64,000 nucleotides of DNA from Setoptus koraiensis (lineage: Eukaryota; Animalia; Arthropoda): NCBI GenBank assembly GCA_048013815.1, contig CM106585.1:21142001-21206000 (forward strand), in the 5' to 3' direction. Each line of letters opens with the position of its first letter. Position 1 is the first letter of the stretch. A program made the position numbers and the translations under genes. This document shows, one piece after another, positions 37,289-49,569 of this stretch. The notes beneath the pieces were generated by a model, which saw only the letters and a list, made by a program, of their open reading frames with translations, made no database searches and had not been told where the DNA came from.

Positions 37289-39869
37289 TCTGTCCGCACT
37301 GTGCATGCTGTTCGAGGCTGCACGCTCGTCCGCAAGCGAGCGCCTGCACGAGGCCGCAACGGCGCCCCAGCTCGAGCCGGCGATGCCGCCAAATGAAGAC
37401 GCTCGTCGGCGTGATCAACGCGAGAATTAAATATTTTTGATTGAAACAACAACTTGCCCGCTCCGCGCCATCTAATCTTGCTGGGCGGCGCTGGTGTCCG
37501 CGCCAACCGACACGGACGCAGCGTCGGACGCGGCGTCGGGCGCGGCGTCGGACACGGGCCGACATCGGGCCCAAAATATTCCCAATAACGTGTTACGTCA
37601 CCTCGCTGCCAATATACGGTCACGTCGGCATTAATCCGGCTGATCGATCTGAGTGTGTGTGTCTGCTCAAATATACTGTCAGCGATTGTGTGTCAGCGAG
37701 TGTGAAGAGTGTCACCCGAAATCAAATCACCGCTGGCTACCGCGCTCGCAAGCCGCCATTGATGACTAATAGCGCGCCGGGCCCGCTAATGGCTTTGCCT
37801 CCCATCGAGTCCCGTTATTAATCCCGTCGCCGGCGGCCGCCCACGGGCTGACCGACCCGCTGGCTTGCTGACTTGCTGGCCGTCGCCGGGGCTGGCTGCA
37901 GTGTGGTATCAGTTGGTGTCAGTTAGTCTCAGCTGGCCTCAGCTGGTGGCACTAATAAGCGGCGCTGTTGTAACTGGAAATTGCGCGCCAGCAACAGACG
38001 GATAAATCACATTTGCATCGCATTTCACGGCGTCATCAGCGAGCCCATGAGTCATAGCAAACATCGGCGGCGCGATCATGGTCGGCGGCCATTGTTGTCG
38101 CAAGCGAGCGCGGCCCGCTGACAAATTGTTTTTGGCGCTTGAGGAGGCAAGCAAACAAGTTGCGCAACTATAATTTATAAGTGTTTGCTGCAGCGGACAC
38201 TGGACAAATTCACACTCAACATGGGGCCCAGTTTCGACAAAACTCCGGCCATGCAATGATAGCTGGCGCTCGAGCGGTCAGTGGCCACTGATTTAAATCA
38301 AATCATCATCGACGGCAATCAGCGGCACGCACACACGACGGGCGGAAGTGATTATTTTTTGGCTGCCGCTGTGCCGGACAGTGCGCTGGTCAGTTGTCAG
38401 TGAGATCGGTGGCATCGGTGAGATGAGCGGCATCGGCGCGATCGAACCGATCACACCAAGTGTAAATAACAACACGAAAATTGCTTGTTCTAACGCTTAT
38501 TGCCTCTTGTGTGTGCTCTTTGCTGGCCGGATATTTTGTGTCCGTGGCTCAGCTTTGAGGGGCCGACGACAGGCCCCCCTCAAAGTGACCAGTGCTCATT
38601 AGTGCCTCTCACATGTGCTGGCAGTGTTTGCGAGAACGGGCGCTAAATGTTTCGCCCGCTGCCTCAAGTGACGACGCCAGCGCCAGAAAAGAGGCAGGAA
38701 TATCTTGCAATTCGTCCCAATGCGAGGCTTGTATCATCGTGGCCAAATAAAACGCTTGTAGGTTGCTGCCTAATAGCCATTACAGCAACGGCCGGCCACT
38801 ATTAGACTTATTGATCTATTCAATCGGAAATAATATCGCACACACTGGCGCATGCTGGCCACCAATAGGCACGCACACCACACAATCTATTGCTCTTCGT
38901 ATGTAACCTATAAATGACCAGTGGTCAGTTCCACTTTTCCAATTATGTGTGAAAGTGAAATCTGGCTCTCTATGGAGTGGAGTGGGCCGGAGTGATGAGC
39001 GTGTGATGGCCCAAGTGCATTAGTAGAACGCTCTGCTCTTGGTTGGTCTGCTCTTGGTTGGTGTGCGGAACGGCACCGATTTGAGAGCGAGCCAACACCA
39101 AATCAAAGTCGCCACCATATCGCGCCAATGGGTCCGATGGGCCTCTACTTTGTTAATCCTTTGGTGCGAGCGTCGTGAACTTCTGACGGAATCATCAGCC
39201 ACGGCCTCGTAGACGACTGAATCGGCCACGGCCCAATATGCCGTGTTGCCGTTATGCGGCCGCCAGCACCGGCTGAATAGAAACTAATAGTAGTCAATGG
39301 TAAATATTGACCATACACGAGGAGCCATTTCCTGAATCAACAATGGCCCCATACAAGCGCGCTACGGCCGCCAATGATCACAACCATGCTAGTCGATATA
39401 TACGCCATATATAGTGTGCGATATACGTTCATAGCGAGATGGCTGTTGCAGTATCACTTGCATAATAGCCATCAATGACCAGTCGGTGCTATCGCTATTA
39501 TTGCCATTATCATCATCATTTACAACGAGCGCCAGTTGTACATAACAAACTAACTTTCAGACGGCCAAATCTTGATAGGCGCCAACAAGATTTATGATTA
39601 GGCAAACAATCATCATTTTTGTGTTGTGTCGTCAGTTAGATTACTTTTACAATGGCCACCATTATGACTATCATCATCGCGATGGCCGCATAACGGATAT
39701 GATGACAGCCAGCTCATGGGCGACCACACCGTCTATTCTGTTTGTCCATTCATTTAAATATTTACCTATCTCACTAAATAAATATATATATTAATACATT
39801 TTCGCTTCAAAGACTGCCTTACTAAACGTTACGTTAAATCTAGCTGCCGCGCTGAGCGCTTGGCATCGG

Positions 39870-40400
39870 TCATTTGCTCTGGGCAAAACATCCATTGAGC
39901 GACGTCTTATAGAAATCATTATCTTGCAACTCCAAGCGGTCATTTCACGCTAAGCTCAATATCCTGTGTGCTCGATCGACTTTAGTTGCCTGCCTATTGA
40001 GTTTACAAATATCACCGCCAAATTGTTGTTGTCCATGTAGCTTGCCAATATAAACACCATGAAAGTGATCGTGCGACAATCTGACAAAAGACGTATGGCA
40101 TAAATGAGCTCAAGTTGATTCTCGTGATTCTTCTTGATAAAAGAGGTGCCCCGATAAAATAGATTTCTCTTTGTGATTGAATTCGAACATGAAATTCATA
40201 TGGATGCATGAATATATGCAAAGCGATGCCCACGATCACGGCCTCTTTGTGTATCATAACATATGATCATAAGGCTCAACATTCGATTATCGTCGATACA
40301 TTAAATCATATGACTCATCACCTTTTCTTATGTTCATTTCATTTCAACGCAGGGTTTACTTGATATTAGATGAACCTTCTTACGAAATCTAGAGTATCAC
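39870..40400 (+). pseudogene. Decayed MIF4G relic R3
   Basis: ERRLIEIIILQLQAVIS (39897-39947; cf. EERLKGVIDLIFEKAIS), TNITAKLLLS (40005-40034; cf. TVNFRKLLLN), KRRM (40087), ICKAMPTITASL...DHKAQHS (40214-40285; cf. LCQIMRTVGPRLDHERAKS), RRVYLILD (40348-40371). Confidence 0.65.
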
Positions 40401-40530
40401 GTTAAAACTCATTATATTTCACTCTCTCCAATGAAGCTCGCCAGAATGATGACGGGGTAGTGATTTGACCATCATAGATTTATGATCCGACTCCTGGAAG
40501 GTCTAAATATCACTCCAGAACAAAATCAGA

Positions 40531-40556
40531 GCTCCAAACATGTACATGTTTGGAGC
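40531..40556. repeat. Perfect 26-bp palindrome
   Basis: GCTCCAAACATGTACATGTTTGGAGC equals its own reverse complement. Confidence 0.95.
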
Positions 40557-40977
40557 CTACTATAGGACTTCCGGTCCACAATCTTCTGGAAAGGTTCCAA
40601 AGAAAAAATTCTTTTCTTGAGGTTTGAATTGGGCGCCACGCGAATGTCCAGTCTGCATCCATTGAAATCGTGCAAACAGCTGACAGCAAAGTGCAACGCG
40701 CCAACACGAGCTTCGACCAATGAAATGAATCCGCAATCTCTCCAACTGTCATCTAAACTACTTATATTCACTCGTTATATTTATTAATTGTTATTGTATT
40801 AATTGTAATTATTAGTCTCAGCACCTGTCAATTGTCCCCCTGTTTGTGCTCGGCGATGCCATTGTGTAGATGAAACAATTCTGTTGGACTTGCGCGAATA
40901 AACAACGATGATGATTGGAGAATCGAGTTGAGAAGGTTGAAATTAAACAAAAAAGCAAACAACACTGTGAAGACGCT

Positions 40978-43692
40978 ATGTCCTATTTGGAGTACCAAGA
41001 TGAAATGTATTTGAATGCGTTGAACGATGACGCCTGTCTGGTGATAACGTCGCGCGGCATTGGACTAGAACAGCTAATGGTCAGACTGTGTCGGACCTAC
41101 TCGGACGATAGCAATCTAGTTTTAGTTGTTGGCACAGATCAAAACGACGAGGCGTTCTTCGTCAATCAAATGGTGAACGAATCAGAGTTGCCAATTGGAA
41201 GACTGCCTCAGTGCATCACCGCTGAAACGTCAAACGCCAAAAAGAGATCAGATATCTATCAAGCCGGCGGGGTGCTGTTTGTTACGACACGTATATTAGT
41301 TGTAGACCTGCTCATGGATAGAGTGCCTGTTGATCTCATTACTGGCATAATTGTTTACAAAGCCCACAAGGTCATCAATGATTGTCTATTGTGTTTTATA
41401 TTGCGTCTGTATCGCATGAACAACAAAACAGGATTCATAAAGGCACTTTCACAAAATCCACAATCATTCTTGGGTGGCTATGGAAGATTAGACAGAGTTA
41501 TGCGAAGCCTGTTTGCCACCTCCCTACAACTATGGCCCAGATTCCATGCAACTATCCAATCGTCGTTGAATTTGCCCAGAGCACCACCAAATGTCATAGA
41601 AATCAGATTGGAATTGAGCGAAAATATGAAGAAAATTCAATTTGCCATCATGGATCTCATCGATTTATGTCTCAAGGAATTGTCTAAAACTAACACGGCC
41701 TTCCTCTATGACTCGGATCAATTGACGGCAGAGAATGCCATTAGTAGAGGTTTTGACAATTTTGTAAAGAAGAGATTCGACGAGATCTGGCACCAGCTCA
41801 GCTCGAGAGCAAAAAGATTACTTAATGACATACAATGGCTTAGGTCTTTATTATGGCATCTGACACAATCAGATGCCGTCGCCTTCTATAATCAAACCAG
41901 GTCTGCTCAAAACAGTATTCGGGTTGGGCACGATGTGAGCGATTGGATATTCTGGAAGCCAGCCGAACAGTTATTTGTATTATCGAAACAAAGACTTTAT
42001 CCAAATGGCAGCCAAGAGCCTGATTTTGAATCTGAGACCAATCAAAAATGGAAAGCTTTCAATGATGTGATAGAGGAGATCGACAAAGAAACCGAATCTA
42101 TCCTTGATACAGTCCACGTGATAGTTGTTGTTGCCAATGACGGAGTTTCACGACTTCTTACTTCAATATTGGAGAAAGGCGCCACCAGCATCCTGAAAGA
42201 GAGATTCCAGCGTTTCAATGCTATAATACGAGGAAATCTTGCCTCTATTGTCGATCTAGACGAGGACGGCGACGAAAATGGAACCAAACCCACGGAGGAG
42301 AAAGATGGTACAGTGAAAATAAGGAAACAATATAACAAAAAAAGAGTGCTGGGTGCGGAACAAATGTTACCAGATGACACAGTCACTCTGACGCAAATAG
42401 TGAGAAATATGACACGGAATCAGACTGGCGATGATAGGCCAGAGGTAGTTACCTTAGAAGAAACGTCCAATGTAGAACCCGTGAAATTACACCAATTGAA
42501 ATTACATTATTTTTCGTTACGTGATAGATACATAGTATTGGAGTCATTATTGAACACCTACAAGCCATTGCACATAGTATTGTTTGATTTAGATATGCAT
42601 GCAATCAGGCAACTCGAAGTCTACCAGGCGGTTCATTGCCACCCAGAGCAATGTAAGATTTACTTTTTCATATTTGATAGATCCGCTGAAGAGCAGCAAT
42701 ATTTGAGTTCGTTACGCAAAGAGAAGGAAGCGTTTGAATCTCTCATAAAGGAAAAATCAACAATGGTTATACCGTCTGGCAGAGACGGCAAAACTGAGGG
42801 TCACCCCGACCTAATACGTGACAACGACAAAGCAAATGAGACCACTGATTCTGTTAATACTCGAAGAGCTGGAGGACAGCAAATAGACAGAGCGTCTATA
42901 ATAATGCAAAAGGTCTTGGTGGATATGAGAGAGTTTCGCTCGGACTTGCCCTCCATTGTTCACAAGCGTGGAATAGAAATTGAGCCTATCCAATTGGAAA
43001 TAGGTGACTACATCCTGGCACCAGACACTTGCGTTGAACGAAAGAGTATCAGCGATCTGATACAGTCTCTTCAATCTGGTCGTCTCTATAACCAAGCGAC
43101 CATGATGATACGACATTTCAAACGGTCTATACTACTCATAGAGTTTGACGAAACTAAATCCTTCCATTTCAAGGGCCGGTACTGGGGTATTGGCGGTGAC
43201 AATTTTCGTTCTAAGGAGCGTCGCTTTGATCTCGTCGATAGACTTATTTTATTAACTATACATCATAACAATCTCAGGCTAGTTTGGAGTCCCTCCACTC
43301 ATTTTACAGCCGAACTATTCGAGTACTTGAAAATGGATCGACCTCAGCCTGATGCAGATAAGATAATGGCTATATCATCGCAAGAGTTGCCACCGGAAAC
43401 ATTCGAGGACCGTTACGATATACAAGTGAAAGAGTTTTTATTACGCTTGCCCGGTGTTAATAGTCACAATGTTTATGCGATTATGAATAGGATAAATTGT
43501 TTGGCGGATCTTGTTGACTTTGCCGTGGAGGAACTCACAGAGATCCTTGGTAACAGTAAATCGGCTGATTTATTCTACCAAACTTTGCATGCCTCAATGA
43601 CAAAATTGGTAGGCGCTGCGATCAGTGCCGAGCAAGAGAATAAAAAGTCACGCTTATTCAATTGTATGAAAAAAAGGAAGCAACATGATTGA
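40978..43692 (+). CDS. ERCC4: DNA repair endonuclease XPF (ERCC4/mei-9), intronless, 904 aa
   Basis: N-terminal SF2-like region (GGVLFVTTRILVVDLL, LQLWPRFHATI). ERCC4 nuclease domain (VDMREFRSDLP, GDYILAPDTCVERKSISDLIQSLQSGRLYNQ). C-terminal HhH (FLLRLPGVNSHN). First ATG at 40978. Confidence 0.97.
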   Translation: MSYLEYQDEMYLNALNDDACLVITSRGIGLEQLMVRLCRTYSDDSNLVLVVGTDQNDEAFFVNQMVNESELPIGRLPQCITAETSNAKKRSDIYQAGGVLFVTTRILVVDLLMDRVPVDLITGIIVYKAHKVINDCLLCFILRLYRMNNKTGFIKALSQNPQSFLGGYGRLDRVMRSLFATSLQLWPRFHATIQSSLNLPRAPPNVIEIRLELSENMKKIQFAIMDLIDLCLKELSKTNTAFLYDSDQLTAENAISRGFDNFVKKRFDEIWHQLSSRAKRLLNDIQWLRSLLWHLTQSDAVAFYNQTRSAQNSIRVGHDVSDWIFWKPAEQLFVLSKQRLYPNGSQEPDFESETNQKWKAFNDVIEEIDKETESILDTVHVIVVVANDGVSRLLTSILEKGATSILKERFQRFNAIIRGNLASIVDLDEDGDENGTKPTEEKDGTVKIRKQYNKKRVLGAEQMLPDDTVTLTQIVRNMTRNQTGDDRPEVVTLEETSNVEPVKLHQLKLHYFSLRDRYIVLESLLNTYKPLHIVLFDLDMHAIRQLEVYQAVHCHPEQCKIYFFIFDRSAEEQQYLSSLRKEKEAFESLIKEKSTMVIPSGRDGKTEGHPDLIRDNDKANETTDSVNTRRAGGQQIDRASIIMQKVLVDMREFRSDLPSIVHKRGIEIEPIQLEIGDYILAPDTCVERKSISDLIQSLQSGRLYNQATMMIRHFKRSILLIEFDETKSFHFKGRYWGIGGDNFRSKERRFDLVDRLILLTIHHNNLRLVWSPSTHFTAELFEYLKMDRPQPDADKIMAISSQELPPETFEDRYDIQVKEFLLRLPGVNSHNVYAIMNRINCLADLVDFAVEELTEILGNSKSADLFYQTLHASMTKLVGAAISAEQENKKSRLFNCMKKRKQHD

Positions 43693-43868
43693 GAATTGGT
43701 CCTAAGTTCCAAATCAATAAGCTTCTAAGTACAACCTGTTCGACTGTGACATCTACTCTGGAACTCGAATCTCAAAGTTTCGCTCTTGGTCTCACGGCCA
43801 TCAGGCGTAAATAAAGTTTTAAATTTTATGCCAATCGTTTTTTGCCAATCGGCCAGTAGGTTTAGCAC

Positions 43869-45210
43869 TTAATTTTGGCTTCGATACGAGAATCTCCTCA
43901 TAAAATCGTTGTCGTTGGCATTGATGGTTTTGTTGCCGTTGAAATTTTTCACCGATCTTTGGGTGTCTGTATCGTTTCTTTGCATTCGAGAAAATTCTGC
44001 TGTTCGACGTTCGCTAATGATATCCTCACTAGTGTTGACATTAAATGGTGCTGAGTAGGCCCAGTTGCTTGAGCTTGGTGTGGATGTAGTGGTGGTGGTG
44101 GTGGATGCAATCGCACTGGTGTTGGTGGCGTTTGTATTTATGCTGGCAATAGGCAACGGATTTGTTGGTGTAGAAACTGTGGTAGCTACACTTCTCAGGT
44201 AGCTCGAATTCAATATTGCCGAGGCGCTTGGTCTTTGCAGTGGGCTCCAATTGAGCATAGACTTGATGAGCTGTATACCGTCTTTAGAGCACGAATTTAA
44301 AATGTCAGCTAGATTGACTGGTGAAAATTGTGGAAATTTAAAATTGATCACATTAGATAATTTGTAGCCATCAGGCCAGACGCGAAAATCAGGAGTACCC
44401 AAAATGGCACAAATACGAAATATCTGATCCAATTCACTACGTCCAGGAAACATTGGTTGCATTGAATACAGTTCGCCAAATATACAGCCGACTGCCCAAA
44501 TGTCAATAGGTGAATTGTAATTAATTGATCTCAGCAATATCTCTGGCGCTCTATACCATCTAGTGGACACATAATCGGTGTAAGGGGGCTTTGAGCGAAT
44601 CTCTCTGGCCAGACCGAAATCGGCTATTTTCAAGCAATCGTAGCCATTGCAGAGCAGATTCTCTGGTTTTATGTCTCGGTGAAAGAAGCCGTGCCGATGC
44701 ATATAGGCCAAGCCTTGGACTATCTGTAAAACGATCCTCTTGATGATTGTCTCGGGGAACGGGGTCACTCTGTATTTTTATTGTCGAGTGATTTGGGGAG
44801 AAAGAAGATGAAGAAATTTGAAGTGATTCGATTGATTGTTCGTTCTGTCTGGACGCAACAATTTAATCATGGGCTTACCTGTCTCGCATCAGTTGGTAGA
44901 GATTCTCCTTCATGTGTTCAAAAATAAAATACAATGTATCGTCTTCTCTGATGACCTCTTTCAAACGAATTATATTTGGATGACTCAATTTTTGCAATGA
45001 TAATACTTCTCTCAAGTTCATGCATTCCTCCCAATTGTAATATTTTCGTTTCATTTTCTTCACGGCCAACAAATCCGACGATTCGGATCCTCTGCTAGCA
45101 ACACCGTCATTCTCTTGAGAATTTTCTGTTGTCGTACATAGCCGCTTGGCTAGATAAACAGTTCCAAAGGTGCCCACACCAATTTGGCCCAATATTACGA
45201 AATTATCCAT
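43869..45210 (-). CDS. MAK: MAK/ICK (RCK-family) serine/threonine kinase, 2 exons
   Basis: [41 protein letters not shown], and the TDY activation loop ([15 protein letters not shown]). Exons 45210-44879 and 44769-43869 (phase-2 GT-AG intron). MAK versus ICK/CILK1 cannot be resolved in an invertebrate. Confidence 0.93.
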
Positions 45211-45329
45211 GTCCTGCTGGTGCAATTATTGGCTTGACAGACGGTGAAATTCATAATGTGTGTGTCGTCGCTTGAGGTGTTCCATTATACTAAACACAAA
45301 ATCACAATGTTGCCATTGTTCAAACTACA

Positions 45330-45900
45330 CCAATCAAAACACCGAGAGTTCGAGACCTTTTTCCCTCAACAAACTTATGCCACATACACAGGCACAGGCA
45401 TCGATGGGCGCCCACATTGCTATCAAAAACAAAAATCTCGTTGCTATAGGTTACGTCGGACTCGAGAACGCGCCCGCTGCGGACAAAAAGTACTAGAGCC
45501 TCCTATGAATGAAAACAACGGGAAACGGCAATCTGGACTGAAATGATCGAGTGAGGAAACTGTCTAGCCTTCTGCATCTGTTGTCTGGAGCGACAAGCAA
45601 TTAATTGCGTGATAGAGACCCCGTCGGTTCTCTCCGGAAAAGGGGGCAGGCTCATGGCGCAAACATTAGATGAACAAAAAATGTTTTGATATTACGTGAC
45701 ACTAAAGATCACTCACTATTGCAGCCTCGGAGAGGGAAAGAGAAAATTTTTTCACATGAAGCAATCGCAGTTGAAGCACAATTTTTCTGGTTGTGATAAT
45801 AGTTGTGGCATAGTGTACCACTTATATCAACTGAGTAAAATATCTCAATTAGCGATGAAAATTCAATTCTAATAGCTAAGGCTACTATTGTCGTCTGAAA
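45330..45900 (+). pseudogene. Decayed MIF4G relic R4 (DAP5-like)
   Basis: SLNKLMP (45362-45382; cf. ILNKLTP), ENAPAADKKY*SL (45464-45502; cf. DKALEEPKYSSL), GANIR (~45656), MKIQF** (45855-45875; cf. ARIRFLL). Confidence 0.6.
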
Positions 45901-46221
45901 AATCATCAGCAAATCTCAAAGCCGCTGAATCAGCCCAAATAACTAGAAATTCATCGAGTAAATTCATGACATCAACACGGTAGATCTGTTCTCCCGATTG
46001 ATTCCCCACGGTAATCCTTAAGAAATTAGTTTGGAAACGAACTGTCTTCAAGGGAAAGGTGCTATATTTTTTATTTATCTAGTGATATTACTGATATTAT
46101 ATATACTATTATTAGACGAATTCACCATTGATATAACGGTAAAAATTCAATTTAGCCTTTTGTTCAATGTCGGCTGTAACATTCTCAAGTTAGGTACACA
46201 CATGTGGAGTGTTTCTGGAAT

Positions 46222-48142
46222 CTATGTTCGTTTAGTTAATTTTATATCCAATTCATCGCAACGGAGTAGATTGAAACTCTTTTTGAGGTTCGGTGGAAAT
46301 CGTGCTGCTGACCCCTTAGTTGGTGTGAATTTGTAATTATATACTAAACGTGCCAAACCTAGTTTGGCCTCGGCAAGAGCGAAACGCATTCCCAAACAAT
46401 GGCGAATTCCAGCTCCAAAAGGCAAATAAGTATACGGTTGTAGTTTGTGACGGTTCTCTGGCAGGAATCTGCTTGGATCAAATTTGGTGGGTTCTGGGTA
46501 ATACTCAGGATCGTAGTGGACACTCATGAAATGAATCTCGACCACTCCGCCTTTAGGTATTGTAATACCGAGAGAGGGTATTTTGTAATCTTCGTTCGCC
46601 TGACGATCCATGATGGGCGCGGGCGGAAACATTCGCAGTGTCTCACTTAATACGGCATCCAAGTATCGCATTGACAGAACAGTCTCGTATTCGAAAAAGT
46701 TGTCCTTGTTATCTTGTTGCTCTTTGTTAATGCATTCCTTCACTTCTTGGTACAATCTCTCTTGAATGTCAGGATGACATGCTAGAGCATAGGTAGCAAA
46801 TGACAACGTCGAAGATGTTGTTTCATAACCGGCGATGAAAAATAGGATACAATTTCCGATAATTTCATCATCTGATAATCTGATTTTAGTTTTTTCTTTC
46901 CTGCTGTCGGCCAAATTTCCGTTCTCAGTAATGACTTGAGAGTCCTCCAGGGCGAATTTTAGTTCTTCTTTGTCGAAATTCGCTACATGATGACTTTCGC
47001 TATCTCCCTCCTCAATGGTATCGATGACATTAGCTGCGTTTGTTTTGTCTGACTTGTCCAAATCGAGCATCAATTGCAGCAAATCGTGACGCACAGTTTT
47101 AGTATCATGGTGCCTCGATTTGATTATTTTGCGCGATATTGCAGCCAGGTGATTTTGCATTGACATCGATTGGATCTTGAAACCGGTTAATTTTAATATT
47201 ATATCCGGTACAAAGACCAATAAAAGCAGCCGACCGATGGGGAAATTTGCGAAATCCCTCATCAGCATAGCTACTAAATCTGAACGATATTTTTGTTCGC
47301 TTTCCACGCTGTCGAATTTCATTGCAAATGCACACCGAGCAATTACATCAAGTGTAAAACACCCGTAAACCATCTTGATGTCGACAGGCTCATTTCGAGC
47401 AACTTTCTTGTTGATGTTGTCAAGGAGATCATCACCGGAGCTCTTCATGAGATTAAACATTTTCTTGATCTTTCCGCTGGTCAAAGTGAAGGCCATCAAT
47501 GATCTTAGTTGTTTCCAATGCTCATCTCGCTGAAAGAATAACATATGTCGGGTATATTTACTTGTAAATTTGGGCAACTTATGGTTCGGGAATATGTGCG
47601 CATCTTTCACCATAACCTGAAGAAAAAATTTCAAAGCAGTGAGTAGTGTTAGCGTCCAGCTCGTTTGGGTTATTTTTGTTTAAAAAAAGAAAAAAATGTA
47701 TCGATCGCCCAAAACACTTACGTCTTTGATTATTTGGGCATCTGTGATCACCAGGTGAGGCTCTTGGCCCTGATAGAGTCCATAGACACGACCGTACTTT
47801 TTGCTCCAAGCTGACAAGGCAAAATTCTTTGAGTAGATCAGTTCATAAAGAGATGTTCCCACAATGGGCAAGGGCGTTGGACCTTTGATACCCCGTTTTG
47901 ACCAGTAGGTATATTTTTTGTAATAGTACCTGTGTGTCGAAATGAATGTTAAAGGTTAAATTAGTATGAGATTTGCCATTTCGAAGAGAATTTATTTTTT
48001 ATTTATGTAGACTTTTGAGTTATACTTACAAGAAAGTTGATGTAGAAATGAGGGTTCCAATTAGAATTGCATTGTTGCGCAGAGTATCGTAGACATTGCT
48101 AGGGTTATCGTACGATACTAGAGTTTCCAAGAAGGAGGCCAT
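46222..48142 (-). CDS. Cytochrome P450, CYP3-clan-like, 3 exons, about 571 aa
   Basis: Exons 48142-48030, 47929-47722 and 47616-46222, phase-consistent. GPTPLP hinge, I-helix AGYETT, ETLR, FDPSRF, and heme motif PFGAGIRHCLG. Confidence 0.95.
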
Positions 48143-48739
48143 TTTGATTTTGGGTAGCTTGTATTTTTTTAATTGATTGATCAATGTTGCACGTAATTCT
48201 CATCTGTCTTTAATGAAACTTTGTTGCTGATGCAAACTATATTTATATGCTCAATCTCACAATTAACTTTTGTAAAGTATAAACTAGCTTGTAAGTAGTA
48301 TGAAAACAACAACACTCGCATGATTGTGAGATAATACTGCGCGAGCACTTGATTTGCACCTTGCCAAAGACACAACAAGTATGCATGTTATGCGGGCTAG
48401 ATCATGTTCGTGATGCTTGATTTCATAAACAAATAGATAGTCATTAGTAAGTAGGTAACAAACAAAAAAAGCTTGCTGTGTTTACATCACAAAGGGACAG
48501 AGATAAGAAGGGAGAGTTGCTACATTAAGAATGTGTGTAATCTCCGCCCTTCAACATCATCCGTTGTTGTAACACATTCAATTGATGGCGATTATCATCG
48601 TTATTGGTCGAGGTGCACTTAACTCATTAAGCACCAACCACATGATTGGTCTTAATCATTTTACCAATATAGAACGAGCGCCAATCAATGCGATCAGTAG
48701 TTATCATTGTCTTCTCACACTCTGACACTCACAACCCCG

Positions 48740-49470
48740 ATTTCTCACTTGTCAAAGAGAAATCGGGCCAGTGTTATTTCAGTTGGCCACTCCGACGGCT
48801 GTGACACTGTTCATCTATGGCCAAAAGAACTTACTGTCGATTCAGTTACATCACCGAAAAATGGAAACGAATTACAGAGTCCATCTGAAAGTTGCGGCCG
48901 AATAAGTAGATTGTCTTCCTTTGGAAATTGACAAATTTCCGAAAGAAATTGATGAAATTCTCTTTACGACGGCTAGCGACCCCAATCGTCGAATGATCAG
49001 TTTCGAAAGTATCCACACTTGTGTGAATTTTCTAATTTCCAGTGAGATTGAGACACGAGCAAAATCCGAGTCAAATAAATAGCTACGTTCGTAACCTCCC
49101 TACGATTTAATATTCAAACGCAAGTAAAGACCAAGTTGCACTGCGTCCAAGCACACAAACAGGCATAACCGGATAAGAATATTGCGAAAATTACATTTTT
49201 ATCGTGCCGTAACGAGTGGCATTTTCATAGATGCCACATTCGTAGTTCCATGAATTCTACTGTGATGGCGCTTCACCAAGACACTGAAAGTACATTTTAT
49301 TGCATGCAAACCTGAATGGAGCTTATGAAATTCAAGAAATCATAGGACGAATACTTTGAACGAGGCAGCCTGTGATTATTCGCTAATTTTGGAGCCGCCG
49401 AGCGCTTCAAGCGAGAATACGCTTAACTAAGCGACTGACAAGTGGAAAATTACACTGAGAACTAAGATTG
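48740..49470 (+). pseudogene. Decayed MIF4G relic R5
   Basis: RITESI*KLRPNK* (48868-48909; cf. RVRSILNKLTPEKF), EIDEILFTTASDPN (48945-48986; cf. VIDLIFEKAISEPN), RIRILRKLHFY (~49170), DEYFER (49346-49363; cf. DQYFNQ), ARIRL (49411-49425; cf. SRIRF), then KW. Confidence 0.7.
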
Positions 49471-49569
49471 TTCAGTTGATACGTAATTAGCTGATAATCA
49501 ACATCCTGACATGTACATGTAGTCGTTTAATCTCTAACGAGTGAGATTGTACTTAAGAGCACTTAAATC

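Noticed and set aside
23274-39229. Many 60-230 aa ORFs in netrin intron 2 and the netrin 5' flank
   Set aside because: They overlap in all six frames, are Arg/Ala/Cys-rich or microsatellite-derived, and show no domain motifs. This is expected from GC-rich non-coding DNA.
40012-40260. Minus-strand RNP-like words (GHRFAYIH, VYIGKL)
   Set aside because: They are out of order for an RRM, and the plus strand gives a better collinear MIF4G reading (R3).
40531-40556. p53 response element upstream of XPF
   Set aside because: The two CATG cores are 6 bp apart start-to-start, not the 10 bp of a canonical p53 site.
48736-48767. 11-bp inverted repeat with a 10-nt loop
   Set aside because: It is real but short, within chance expectation for 64 kb, and too small for a pre-miRNA.
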